Shown here: positions 10,716 through 20,851 of the stretch, piece by piece | Numbering within the stretch: position 1 is the stretch's first letter | Layout: each line of letters begins with the position of its first letter | Sequence record: NZ_CP054002.1 | Strand: one strand, 5' to 3' | DNA: 64,000 nt | From: a plasmid | The notes under the pieces: model-generated | The model's input: the letters and a program-made list of their open reading frames with translations, nothing else | The model's database searches: none | What the model was told of the DNA's origin: nothing | Made by a program: the position numbers and the translations under genes

Positions 10716-12001
10716 TTGAAGGACAAAAACAAATTGTTAATGTTAGTACCTCTGCTTTTGGGCGTACTGTTTGTAATAGTTTTCTTTGGTAAAAAAGAAA
10801 AACCGGCTGAATCAGCATCCAATACAGAAGAAGTGAATCAGGCTTTTCTTGAACCGGACACAGAAGGAGAAAAGAAGATCGCTAATAAGGTAGATGCTTA
10901 TAAACGTGAACAAGAAGAAGCTGCTCGTAAGAAACGTGAATTGGAAAAATCACAAGTAAAAGGAAGCGATTTCTATTTTGAAATGCAGACATCCGAAGAC
11001 GAATACAACGAGAAAATGAAAGCTCGTATTGAAAAAATGAAGAAAGATCCATTGGACGAAGTTACTAGCGAATACAAGGAGCGAGGAAAAAAATCTAACA
11101 GTGCATTTTCTGATAAAATGCGCCAACAACTAAATGATATTGAGGATCAAGAAACCTTTAATCAGATAGTCAAGGAAGCAAAGAAAGAGGAAAGAATACG
11201 CAAAGAGCTAGAAGAAAATGCAAGATTCCGGGATGAAATGAGAAAGAAATATCAGGATCAAGCATCAGGAAAAGATATAGAGAAATCTCAAGAGAATATT
11301 TTCCGAAAGTAAATGATTCTGTTCCTAAAGTTGAGAAAGCTTCAAAGCCGACTTTTATAGTGGAAAATGGAAAACGGCGTCGCCGGTCACAGTTTACTAT
11401 TGACCAAAAAGTCAATCTTATCAAAGCTGCTATTTATGGAGATCAGACCATTGTTAGTGGAAGTGCTGTCCGGATGCGCTTGTTAGAGCCTTTATGGGTT
11501 GGTGGCGTTGAGATCCCTGCAAATACGATCTTCTACGGAAATGCTAGTGTCGGCTCTACTCGTTTGAAAATTACGGTAGAGAACATACGATATGGGAAAT
11601 ATATAAGTCCTGTCGCTTTTACTATTTATGATTCTGATGCGATTGAGGGATTGAATTTACCCAATAACATGAAAGCTGAAGCTGCTCGAAAAATGGAACA
11701 GGGCTTGCTTCAAGGCGTGCAGCTTCCGATTTCTTCTATTGGCACAGTAACAAGTGAGGTAACTAGTGCGATCACAGCCACTACACAGGTTACTAGACAA
11801 ATTTTAAATCAAAGCCTTTCTCAAGTAAAGGTTCATTTAAAAGCTAACTATAATATGTATATCAAGGAAGAAACTAATGAAGACAGAAAAAAGAGAGAGG
11901 AAGAAGAAGCTGAAATAGAACGTCTGTATAGAGAAATGCAGATGCAGCAGAATGAACCAAAGAAAAAGAATCCTTTAACCCAACTAATTGAAGCATTATA
12001 A
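10716..12001 (+). pseudogene. traM: TraM-like coiled-coil protein, frameshifted (198 aa + 213 aa)
   Basis: Copy A breaks at ~11300 in a T-run that is one T shorter than in copy B; copy B breaks elsewhere (352 aa + 94 aa). Confidence 0.55.
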
Positions 12002-12180
12002 TGATAATTGATATACTTAATTTTATGGTAGCTGTAGCTACTGTATTTTTGGCTTATAGGTTCTTTATAGAACGCTCTAAAGGGAAAAAGATAGCAGAAA
12101 TGAAAGTACTGATGTATAGTTTAATATCTTGTTTCGTTCTGCTTTGGATTATAAATATTTTTATTGGTTTTGTAAAATGA
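12001..12180 (+). CDS. 59-aa small membrane protein, translationally coupled between traM and traN
   Basis: ATG overlaps the traM TAA (TAATG) and its TGA overlaps the traN ATG (ATGA); C-terminal TM helix (YSLISCFVLLWIINIFIGFV); identical copy at 49811..49990 (-); just under the 60-aa track threshold. Confidence 0.4.
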   Translation: MIIDILNFMVAVATVFLAYRFFIERSKGKKIAEMKVLMYSLISCFVLLWIINIFIGFVK

Positions 12181-13259
12181 AAACATTGCTTTTTATATTA
12201 ATCATGTTTTGTGTTCCATTCTCCATTTCTGCACAGGAAAAAAAAGAACTGGACTCCCAAACAATTTATGTTTCGTTTGATAAAACGAAACATATAGTAC
12301 TTCCTGCACAAGTAAGTGACATTTCGTATGGTCGTGAAGATTATGTAAAAGTGGAACGGGTGGATAATGTTCCTAATGTTGTCCGCATAACGGCACAGGA
12401 AGAAGATTTTTCAGGAACGACAAACCTTATCATAGTTTGTACAAACGGGAATGTCTATTCTTATAAAATATCCTATCTGTTACCGGGAATGACGGATCAC
12501 TGCGGAAATATCGTATATGCCGGTGATGTGGATAGATCACGTTGTTATAACGTAATAGTCAATAATAACAATACTACAGAAATGTTTTTTCCAGCAGATG
12601 TGTTATATCTGAAACAAGGAAATGAAGAAGTTTTCGGGGTTGAGTATTATAATAATATGGTTAAAGTTGGTACAACTTTTGATGCCTTTGAACCTTCTAA
12701 TCTGTTTGTTATCGATAAAGATCTGAATACCTATGAAATTACCTTGTTTAAAGACCATGCTCTTACTTACTCTTACAACTTTGACGATGGTCGCAAATAT
12801 ATTGCACACATTGATGTAAATAGCATAGAGATGGATAATCTTATCAATAAACTGCACTATAAAAAGCGTAATATCTTCAGCTTGGGAGTTATAAAAAATA
12901 AGTTTGAGATGTCCCTTGCAAACCTATATGTAAAAGATGATTTCATGTTTTTGTATTTGATATAAAAAACTTCTCAAATATAGATTATGACGTTGATTTT
13001 ATTAAATGCTTCCTTCGTGATCAGAAGAAGGTTAAGAACTCTATCCAGCAGGAAGTTCCGTATGATCCGGTAGAACAAAAAGACTTTGATAAAAAGATAT
13101 TGGGCAAAAGCCAAAATCGCTTTGTCCTAGCATTCAATAAGTTCACTATCCCGGATGATAAGGTTTTTGAGATCGAAATGTTTGAAAGAGGTGGGGGAAG
13201 GCATATGAAATTATCTATATTGAATGAATATATATTGTCCGCTGAATTATTAAAATAAT
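12129..13259 (+). CDS. traN: TraN-like protein; frameshifted in copy A (ORF 12129..12965), intact 376 aa in copy B; likely true start at 12177 (MKTLLFILIMFCVPFSISAQE)
   Basis: Signal peptide, size ~360 aa, position after TraM. Confidence 0.55.
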
Positions 13260-13263
13260 TGTC

Positions 13264-15075
13264 ATGAAGCTACAAGAGGTTCTAACAGAATATCAATATA
13301 ATAATGTCGGGCAATTTAGGGCGATTGCGGAAAGTTTAGGTTACAAAGAAGCCTATAACAAGGGTTCTTTGCTTTTTACCCGGAATGACGAAGTATTTCG
13401 TATCGATATGGATAAGATACGTTCACACACAAAGCGAGAACCGGATTTATCTGCGGAAAAGGCTTCTATGGATCGTGTTTGCCAGTTCTTTAATCGGGAT
13501 CAGGCTTTATCTCCCGACTATAAAAGCGTATTAAAAAATGAAGGGGTTGATATTGTTAACTGGGGTGATCTAAAAAATGATGCCAAAGATCGTTTTACTG
13601 TGATCGATCATAAAAATAAAATCTGTTATACCGGAAAAGAACTATATGAGTATGCTTTGCAAAATGGTTACTCGTTAGACGGGAAAGGCACAAAGTTAGA
13701 GAAGGGTGTATTATCCGGATTAATGGATATCAATGGTAAACCAGCTAAAGTTCGGTTGCATGAACACGGTACTTCTATTATATATAGGAAGGAAGCGTTA
13801 ACCATACCGGATCGCATTTACGGAAAGAAATTATCGAAGCAACAGAAGCAAGATCTACTTGATGGCAATGTGATAGTCTTGTCAACAAAAAAAGGAGATA
13901 TACTTCTTCAGGTCGATAAGGATCTCAACGCTGTGGTGGTACGTTCGGAAAAAGAATTGTCTGTTCCTGCTAAAATTGGAGATTACGAATTGACCGCAGC
14001 AGATAAGTATCTTTTAGCGAATGGTCATTCTTTAGATAACAAAATGATCCACACTCCTGAAGGTTACATAATTACAGATATAGCTATGCTTCCGGATAAG
14101 AAAGGATATGCTTTCTCAAACATCCAGAAAATATCGGAAACAAAGGCACAGCAGATTTTACAGGCAAGAGAAATGGCAAAGGATAAAGAGTATCTTAATG
14201 ATAAGCTAAAGGATATGCAGCGTACCGGAAAAATCGATATAGACGAGTTGAAGGATAAAAGGTATGAGCAATTAATAAACAGCCATTTTGCCACAGAACA
14301 TAAGGAATACCTATCTTATCTGAAAGATGAAAATCCGGATAAAAACTATAATTATGATCTTGAAGCACGCATTAGGTTAAAGGCTGGGGATATGTTAGAA
14401 AAAGAAGGAATAATCGCCAAAGGTACAACTGAAAAGGAATTGAAAGAAGAAGGCTTTAAAGTCGAGAAGATCCGGGAACAATATCAGGAGAAAGTAACGG
14501 GTAAGGATCCTGTTCCTGATCGAGATCTTGACAAGGAGTTAAGAGAAGCCGTTGTCAAGAATGACTATGAAAAAATAGCTAGTTTGAAAGAGGAAGGTTA
14601 CAAGCCTTCAGAGGAAGTTATTAGAGGTTTGGGACAAGATACAAAGATTGATCAGACGCAAGCTATCGTTATAGAAAAACTATTTGGGATGAAACCTGAA
14701 GTGCAAAAAGCGGAAGAAGTAACACAAGCAAAGGAAGAATCCAAAGAAGCAAAGGTAGAGCTTAATGCTGATCCTGCTAGTGCTAAGGTTTCTCCGGAAC
14801 TAGATAAAGAATTTAAAGAAGCAGTAGAGAAAGGCGATTTTGTAAAGATGTCACAACTGAAGGAACAAGGCTATCAACCTTCCAAAGAGTTGATTCAGTC
14901 TTTGAATGAAACTGCATCTGGCAATACGATGATAGCCGTTCAGAAGATATTTAATCTGAAAGGCTCTGCTAATACGCTCGGAGATGTTAAGCTAGCACAA
15001 GGTCAACAAAGTGCAGAAAAAGATCTAAAGCGTCCTCTCGCCAATACGGTAAATAAAATGTTTGCCGATTTATAA
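13264..15075 (+). CDS. 603-aa conjugative-element protein with two tandem copies of the shared ~55-aa C-terminal module
   Basis: Repeat 1 (...KNDYEKIASLKEEGYKPSEEVIRGL...IVIEKLFGMK) and repeat 2 (...KGDFVKMSQLKEQGYQPSKELIQSL...MIAVQKIFNLKGSANTLGDVKLAQG). Confidence 0.7.
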   Translation: MKLQEVLTEYQYNNVGQFRAIAESLGYKEAYNKGSLLFTRNDEVFRIDMDKIRSHTKREPDLSAEKASMDRVCQFFNRDQALSPDYKSVLKNEGVDIVNWGDLKNDAKDRFTVIDHKNKICYTGKELYEYALQNGYSLDGKGTKLEKGVLSGLMDINGKPAKVRLHEHGTSIIYRKEALTIPDRIYGKKLSKQQKQDLLDGNVIVLSTKKGDILLQVDKDLNAVVVRSEKELSVPAKIGDYELTAADKYLLANGHSLDNKMIHTPEGYIITDIAMLPDKKGYAFSNIQKISETKAQQILQAREMAKDKEYLNDKLKDMQRTGKIDIDELKDKRYEQLINSHFATEHKEYLSYLKDENPDKNYNYDLEARIRLKAGDMLEKEGIIAKGTTEKELKEEGFKVEKIREQYQEKVTGKDPVPDRDLDKELREAVVKNDYEKIASLKEEGYKPSEEVIRGLGQDTKIDQTQAIVIEKLFGMKPEVQKAEEVTQAKEESKEAKVELNADPASAKVSPELDKEFKEAVEKGDFVKMSQLKEQGYQPSKELIQSLNETASGNTMIAVQKIFNLKGSANTLGDVKLAQGQQSAEKDLKRPLANTVNKMFADL

Positions 15076-15125
15076 TTAATAGATTTTTCCGAAAGTAAAA
15101 ATGTTATCACTTAAAAATAAATATC

Positions 15126-15314
15126 ATGGAAGATTACAACAAATTGGTAGAAAAGAATCAGACTGGAGAGATTGACGATCTTGAATTTTTATTAGCTCAA
15201 GAAGATTTAGCGGCTCTCTACGTTGCGGATATGCAAGCTGAAGGAGTTAGCCCGAATGCGGAAAACGCTGCTGAATGGTTGCTAAAATATGAAAATGAAC
15301 ACCTTTATCAATAA
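15126..15314 (+). CDS. 62-aa acidic hypothetical protein
   Basis: ORF conserved in both T copies; tightly packed before the ardC-like gene. Confidence 0.4.
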   Translation: MEDYNKLVEKNQTGEIDDLEFLLAQEDLAALYVADMQAEGVSPNAENAAEWLLKYENEHLYQ

Positions 15315-15317
15315 GTC

Positions 15318-16628
15318 ATGGATGGTCAGGCAAATGATAAGGCTCTGCAAAAATTTGCGGATCTTATGGTTAAGAAACTTACGGAAGTCGATGCGGATTG
15401 GCATAAACCTTGGTTTACAACAACAGGATATGGATTACCACAAAATATTGATGGGCGTGTTTATAATGGAATCAATTCCTTCATGCTTTTTCTTCTTCAA
15501 GAGGAACGTAGTTTCCAGACACCTGTATATATGACTTTTCCGCAAGCAAAGAAACAAGGGCTTCACATAAACAAAGGAGCATCGGCTTTTCCTGTCCTAT
15601 TTTGGAATTTTATGATTAAAGACGATAAGGGGAATAAAATTTCGATGGATGATTATAAGGCTTTGACTAAGGAAGAGCAGAAAGAATATACCGTTATTCC
15701 TTATACTAAACCTTATCACGTGTTCAATGTTGATCAAACAAACTTTGCGGAAGTATATCCGGAACAATGGAAGGCATTGAAGGATAAATTTAGTTGTCCT
15801 AAATTGAAAGATGAGCAGGGAATGTTTTCATCGCCAGAGTTGGATCACATGATAAAACACGGTACATGGTTATGTCCTATTATTTCTTCTTTCTCTGACA
15901 AGGCTTTTTTTCGTCCTTCAGAGGACAAGATATATTTACCCCTTAAAGGTCAATTCTATACAGGAGAAGGATTTTATAGCACATTGTTACATGAGATGGC
16001 ACATTCAACCGGTATAGATACCCGTTTAGGACGTGAAATGAAAAACATGTTTGGTGATCCCAAATATGCAAAAGAAGAATTAATCGCAGAATTTACCGCT
16101 GCTGTTTCTTGCCGTTCTCTAGGTATCGTTTCCGGAGTCCGGGAAGAAAACGCACAGTATTTAAAAAACTGGCTCGGAGCGATCAAAAAAGAACCTAAAT
16201 TCCTCTATTCCGTATTAGTTGATGTAGGTAAGGCTAGCACTATGATTTTGAATGAAGTCTGCAAGTATGAGTTATTGAAGAAGGAAGAACAGGAAAAGCA
16301 ACAGGAAGAATGCAAGCATATAGAGAATAAAAAAGTAGATGATAGCAAGGATTTTTCTGAAACCCGGAATGATGAAAAATTATCACCAGCTTTTAATATA
16401 GCTCTAGCTGCTGCGCTAGCCGGTTCGTTTAAGGAATTGGTTAACCTAAAGGAGCAGGGATATAAACTGTCTGCAAAGGAACTTGATGCGTTAAAGGATG
16501 CAGATCCGAAAATATATATTGCCGCACAGAATATATTTAATATAAAGTTGGATGATCCTACTCCTTCCCTACAATTTTCCGAATCAAAAAATAAAAATGA
16601 AGTCAAACAATTATCTTTAAATTTTTAG
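15318..16628 (+). CDS. ardC: ArdC-like antirestriction protein: N-terminal ssDNA-binding domain plus HExxH metalloprotease, with the shared C-terminal module
   Basis: N-terminal WFTTTGYGLPQNIDGRVYNGINSFMLF matches the ArdC N-domain signature; LLHEMAHSTG zinc-metalloprotease motif; C-terminal ...FKELVNLKEQGYKLSAKEL... Confidence 0.8.
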   Translation: MDGQANDKALQKFADLMVKKLTEVDADWHKPWFTTTGYGLPQNIDGRVYNGINSFMLFLLQEERSFQTPVYMTFPQAKKQGLHINKGASAFPVLFWNFMIKDDKGNKISMDDYKALTKEEQKEYTVIPYTKPYHVFNVDQTNFAEVYPEQWKALKDKFSCPKLKDEQGMFSSPELDHMIKHGTWLCPIISSFSDKAFFRPSEDKIYLPLKGQFYTGEGFYSTLLHEMAHSTGIDTRLGREMKNMFGDPKYAKEELIAEFTAAVSCRSLGIVSGVREENAQYLKNWLGAIKKEPKFLYSVLVDVGKASTMILNEVCKYELLKKEEQEKQQEECKHIENKKVDDSKDFSETRNDEKLSPAFNIALAAALAGSFKELVNLKEQGYKLSAKELDALKDADPKIYIAAQNIFNIKLDDPTPSLQFSESKNKNEVKQLSLNF

Positions 16629-16631
16629 CGT

Positions 16632-16928
16632 ATGTTTATAGGTCATGTTACGGGTTATCTTGGATCAGATGCCAAGAAAACACAGAAAGGTTATTCATTC
16701 AATGTTTCCACTAAATATAAAGAGGGAAACGAAGAAAAAACGTTGTGGATCTGTTGTTTCTTAAATTACGAAACAAAGGTTGCGGAGTTTTTAAAAACAG
16801 GAACTATGGTTCATGTGTATGGGGAAATCACTGTCGGTATCTTTAAGCGTGATACTGGTGATACAGTCCCTTCAGTAACTATGAGTGTAGATAAGGTTCA
16901 ATTACTCTCTAGCAAGAATAAAGAATAA
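16632..16928 (+). CDS. ssb: SSB-like single-stranded-DNA-binding OB-fold protein (98 aa)
   Basis: Pattern ...TLWICCFLNYETKVAEFLKTGTMVHVYGEI... resembles the SSB OB-fold core. Confidence 0.5.
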   Translation: MFIGHVTGYLGSDAKKTQKGYSFNVSTKYKEGNEEKTLWICCFLNYETKVAEFLKTGTMVHVYGEITVGIFKRDTGDTVPSVTMSVDKVQLLSSKNKE

Positions 16929-18883
16929 TGGAACCAGCAAAGAAGGAATTATCATTTGTCTTTATATTGCTTTCCGTAATAATCGGGGGTGTGATAATCT
17001 TTCAGTGGGTTTTGGTGAATGATCTTTGTTCACCAAGCCCAGCTGTATTATTGCAGTTGGGAAAGTTTTTACGCAAAGCTATTATGTTTCGATTCCTATA
17101 TGTAGTATTATTAGCTGGGTTGGCTTTCCTATTCCCTGTACAAAAGAGAAGAGATGAATCCTTGAAATATGTATATACTGCCACTACATTAATCTTAGCA
17201 ATAGCCCTAATATTAGGCTTCAGTAATGTTCTATCATGGTACAATTTATTAGTTTTTCCGATAGTATTTATAGGATTTACAATACTAGTTATCCAAACAG
17301 CCGGTTTTTACCTTAAACGGCATGTGGTATCTGATAAATCTATCTTTGGTGTATCACATGAAAAATCAGAGTTTTATTTTGATTTTGAAACAGTAGAAGG
17401 AAATCTTAGAATCCATAAGCCACAGCAAAATCTTTATATTGACGGTGGTCCGGGATCTGGAAAATCGGAAAGCTGGATTAAAGGCATCATCTATCAATGT
17501 GCAGAGCGTAACTATGCCGGATTTGTATATGATTGGGAAGGAGATCCTAGTAAACCGGGTTCACCTATTTTGTCCCGGATCGCATACGGTAGTATAGAAT
17601 ATTTTAAGAGAAAAAATGTACCTACACCAGCCTTTGCTTTCATAAATTTTGTAGACATGTCCCGGACGGTTCGTGTTAATGTACTTTCGGAAAAATATGT
17701 CCCTAAAGGAAGCGAATCCTTGTTTATTCGTAATATCGCTACTACCTTAATGAAAAACCTTGAAAGTTCATGGAAGGAAAAAACTGATTTCTGGGCGAAC
17801 AATGCGATTAACTATGTATATTCAATTGCTTATAAATGTTACAAAGAACGAGCAAAGGGAATAGGAACTTTACCCCATGTAATCGCTTTTGCATTATCAG
17901 ATAGTGATCTGGTCTTTAAATGGCTCTCTGAGGATGCGGAAATTGCGCTAAACATGTCTTCCATGTTAACCGCATGGCGTTTAGGCGCACAGCAGCAGAC
18001 CGCTGGTGCGGTATCTTCCGCACAGACTCCGCTTGTTTTGCTTAACAATAAATACATCTTTTGGGTTCTATCACCACTTCCGGAAGAAGAATATTCACTA
18101 GATATAACTAATCCGGATCATCCTACACTATTGTGTATAGGCAATGCTCCTTCAATTAAAGAAGCTGTATCTCCTCCTGTTAGTTGTATCGCTAGCGTTG
18201 TCATGTCGCAAATGAATAATCCCGGCAAACAAAAGAGCGTTTTTATGGTGGATGAATTTCCAACGGTAAATTTGCAAGGTATAGATGTATTTATAGGTAC
18301 AGCACGTAAACACAATGTAGCTACAATCTTAGCCGTACAGGACTTTAATCAAGCAATCCGGGATTATGGAGAGAAAAGTGCAAATATCCTGCGATCTTCT
18401 TGTGGTAGCCAAGCCTATGGAATGACCGGTAACGAAAAGACAGCAAAGGATCTAGAAAATCTTTTGGGAGAAACGAAAGAAGCACAGGAATCGTTCTCAC
18501 ATCAAGAATCCGGTACTGGAAGCATGACCGAATCTCTGCAAAAGGAGAAAGTAGTAAAGGCTCGTGAAGTTGCCGGACAAAGTGTTGGTCACTTCATCGG
18601 AAAGGTCGCTGGCGGAAAACCACCTTATTTTAATACACAATTTAATATGTGTAAGTTTATAGATAAGGATATTCCGGCTTTTTCCAAACCTGTAAATTTG
18701 GGAGATGGCAAAGAAGAATTAGAGTATGATATAATGGAAGAAATAGTTAGTCAACATTATCTTTCAATCATTTCAAAAGTAAATGCGATCTTGGAAGATG
18801 TAAAGAATAAGACAGAAACGGACAATAAAAATAAGGAAAAAAACATGCCGAAAGATCATAATCATAAGGCATGGAAGGAATAA
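16928..18883 (+). CDS. type IV coupling protein (VirD4/TraG/TraD family, 651 aa)
   Basis: N-terminal TM helices, P-loop GGPGSGKSES, Walker B-like FMVDEFP; identical copy at 43107..45062. Confidence 0.8.
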   Translation: MEPAKKELSFVFILLSVIIGGVIIFQWVLVNDLCSPSPAVLLQLGKFLRKAIMFRFLYVVLLAGLAFLFPVQKRRDESLKYVYTATTLILAIALILGFSNVLSWYNLLVFPIVFIGFTILVIQTAGFYLKRHVVSDKSIFGVSHEKSEFYFDFETVEGNLRIHKPQQNLYIDGGPGSGKSESWIKGIIYQCAERNYAGFVYDWEGDPSKPGSPILSRIAYGSIEYFKRKNVPTPAFAFINFVDMSRTVRVNVLSEKYVPKGSESLFIRNIATTLMKNLESSWKEKTDFWANNAINYVYSIAYKCYKERAKGIGTLPHVIAFALSDSDLVFKWLSEDAEIALNMSSMLTAWRLGAQQQTAGAVSSAQTPLVLLNNKYIFWVLSPLPEEEYSLDITNPDHPTLLCIGNAPSIKEAVSPPVSCIASVVMSQMNNPGKQKSVFMVDEFPTVNLQGIDVFIGTARKHNVATILAVQDFNQAIRDYGEKSANILRSSCGSQAYGMTGNEKTAKDLENLLGETKEAQESFSHQESGTGSMTESLQKEKVVKAREVAGQSVGHFIGKVAGGKPPYFNTQFNMCKFIDKDIPAFSKPVNLGDGKEELEYDIMEEIVSQHYLSIISKVNAILEDVKNKTETDNKNKEKNMPKDHNHKAWKE

Positions 18884-18920
18884 AAGAGGTATTTTTGTGA
18901 AAATATAAAAAAAATAATAT

Positions 18921-19400
18921 ATGAAAAGTAGGATATTGATAGTTTTATTATTTGCCTTATCTTCGTGTGGATCAACTGAATATGAAAAGGCAATAGCGGA
19001 TTGGCTTCAAACCGATGAAAACGGTACTTGGACTGATCTTAAGTTTGAATTGATAGAGTTGCTTGACGAAAAAGATGTTACAGTTTCCGACAGCTTATTG
19101 TATTTGGATAGTAAAGCTGCTCAACAGGTACAGATGATAGAAAGAGCGGAGAATCCTCGTGCTTTGGTAAAACCGCTTTTCTCTGATTACACCAAGGCTA
19201 AAGATAATTTAAAATGGATAGAGAAAAAGAAAATGGAGTATAAGGATAGAGATAGTACGGAGGTGTTAGCCAAACTATTGAAATGCAAGTATGCAATTGT
19301 TCCACCTAGTTTAAAGGCTAGGCAGGAGAGAGTTGGCGAGTTTTTACTCGCTCCCGATATGAAAACGTGCTGGGGAAGGATGAAAGCTACGACTAAATAA
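18921..19400 (+). CDS. lipoprotein (159 aa)
   Basis: Signal peptide plus lipobox (LLFALSSCGS). Confidence 0.5.
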   Translation: MKSRILIVLLFALSSCGSTEYEKAIADWLQTDENGTWTDLKFELIELLDEKDVTVSDSLLYLDSKAAQQVQMIERAENPRALVKPLFSDYTKAKDNLKWIEKKKMEYKDRDSTEVLAKLLKCKYAIVPPSLKARQERVGEFLLAPDMKTCWGRMKATTK

Positions 19401-19517
19401 GAAAAATATGAAGGTTCAGTTTTTTAAAGATTTTAGCAAGTTATCAGAAACGAGCGATTTGTTTATTGTAGAAACAGATCAATTTGGGTTTATTGATGGC
19501 AACGGCAATAGCTATTT

Positions 19518-20045
19518 TTGATAGCAGAGAAAATTTCTAGAAAGAAAAATATAAGGGTTTGTTTACTTTACATACACATGGATCTGAATTTAAAATATAT
19601 AAAGATGATGAAAAAAATTAAGCTGCATTTGTTTGCGTTATGTGCTACTCTAGTATTAGTTTCTTGTGGTGGATCGGATGATGATCCTGTTTTTAATAAT
19701 ACATCTGCTGTATATAAGGTAGTATTAGAGGCTTCAGGGGATGATTATACAGCTGAAGCTATTATTATTAATCCGGATAACGTATCAATTATAGATGAAA
19801 CAAGTAACACAGACCTAAAACAAAGTTCTGTAACGGAGTATTTTAGCGGACGGAAAGTTTATATAACCTCTAAAGAAGTGAAGGTTATTTCTGCTCAAGG
19901 GATTATTCTTAGCAAAAGTAAGTCCGGTGCTATATTGAAAATGACAGTGTATCAGGATGGAAAAGAGGTCTATCAAAATACAGTTTCCGTTCCGGATTCA
20001 GAGAATAATACAAAGTCTATACAATATACTAATATAAAGAACTAG
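19518..20045 (+). CDS. lipoprotein (likely start at MMKKIKLHLFALCATLVLVSCGG)
   Basis: Lipobox LVSC; identical copy at 41945..42472. Confidence 0.5.
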   Translation: MIAEKISRKKNIRVCLLYIHMDLNLKYIKMMKKIKLHLFALCATLVLVSCGGSDDDPVFNNTSAVYKVVLEASGDDYTAEAIIINPDNVSIIDETSNTDLKQSSVTEYFSGRKVYITSKEVKVISAQGIILSKSKSGAILKMTVYQDGKEVYQNTVSVPDSENNTKSIQYTNIKN

Positions 20046-20048
20046 ATT

Positions 20049-20540
20049 ATGGATAACCAAACGGCTATAACATTGAAGCCCAAACTAGGTTATTGGGTTT
20101 CAAAGTATTTTGTGATAATTGTTGTCGCATCTTTACTCCCGTTCTCTGCTATTTATTGGGATTTAGAAATGCCTGTACACTATGCGTTAATGGTGCTGTT
20201 TTTAGTCGTTTGGATTATGTTGTGTTACACATATATAGACACGCTGTTTGCTACAAAGTGGATTATTACTAAGGATGAACTGATTTTCAGGCATGGTATA
20301 ATCTCAAGACGAGAGGAACATTTAGAATTATATAGAGTGATTGATTATTCAGAAAAACAAAATTTCTTGCAATTAGTATTTGGCAACAAGACAGTGAAAG
20401 TTATATCAGGTGATGCTTCCGATCCTATTTTATATATGTATGGGATTGATCGGAATATTCCTATTATAGATACTTTGCGTGATAGAGTCAAAATTGCAAG
20501 GAAAGAAAGCGGAATTTTTGAAGTAGCAAATAGATCTTGA
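20049..20540 (+). CDS. membrane protein with a bacterial PH-like (YdbS/YdbT-type) domain (163 aa)
   Basis: Two N-terminal TM helices followed by a soluble domain; last gene before the right IR. Confidence 0.45.
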   Translation: MDNQTAITLKPKLGYWVSKYFVIIVVASLLPFSAIYWDLEMPVHYALMVLFLVVWIMLCYTYIDTLFATKWIITKDELIFRHGIISRREEHLELYRVIDYSEKQNFLQLVFGNKTVKVISGDASDPILYMYGIDRNIPIIDTLRDRVKIARKESGIFEVANRS

Positions 20541-20554
20541 AAAAGGAAAAAAAC

Positions 20555-20575
20555 TTCAGTTTAAAAAAAGGTTCG
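20555..20575. repeat. 21-bp terminal IR of tra module copy A, right end: TTCAGTTTAAAAAAAGGTTCG
   Basis: Perfect reverse complement of 3594..3614. Confidence 0.85.
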
Positions 20576-20644
20576 TTATATTGAATGCAAAATTCAAATA
20601 AATATTTAAAACAGCAAAAATTTTGTGGTTAAATATTGTAATTT

Positions 20645-20851
20645 TTATGTTTTCTCCCATAATTCAGGCTGAACACATTTCCAACCAGCGGCAGCTAAAT
20701 AGTCCCGGATTCGTTCTTCAGGAACTTTGCCCCCTTTTTGAAAGGTCGCTTTATCATATTTCGCCTGAATAGGTGAACGTAGGGAATTTACATACCACTT
20801 TCTTTGTTTAATAAGCTCGCGGAAAGAATCTTCCAAAGTCAGTTTATCCAT
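20645..20851 (-). CDS. 68-aa hypothetical protein (P2 copy)
   Basis: Identical to 3319..3525. Confidence 0.5.
   Translation of the reverse strand: MDKLTLEDSFRELIKQRKWYVNSLRSPIQAKYDKATFQKGGKVPEERIRDYLAAAGWKCVQPELWEKT

Larger units (their letters stand above)
3594..20575 (+). mobile_element. IR-bounded ~17.0-kb conjugation (tra/T4SS) module, copy A
   Basis: Gene content (tra homologues, VirD4-like coupling protein, ArdC, SSB); bounded by 21-bp IRs; near-identical inverted copy at 41415..58399. Confidence 0.7.

Noticed and set aside
17002-18315. Antisense ORFs inside the coupling-protein gene (17002..17244, 17512..17802, 17839..18057, 18118..18315 and their copy-B twins)
   Set aside because: They are fully embedded in a well-supported 651-aa CDS on the other strand, with no independent signal.
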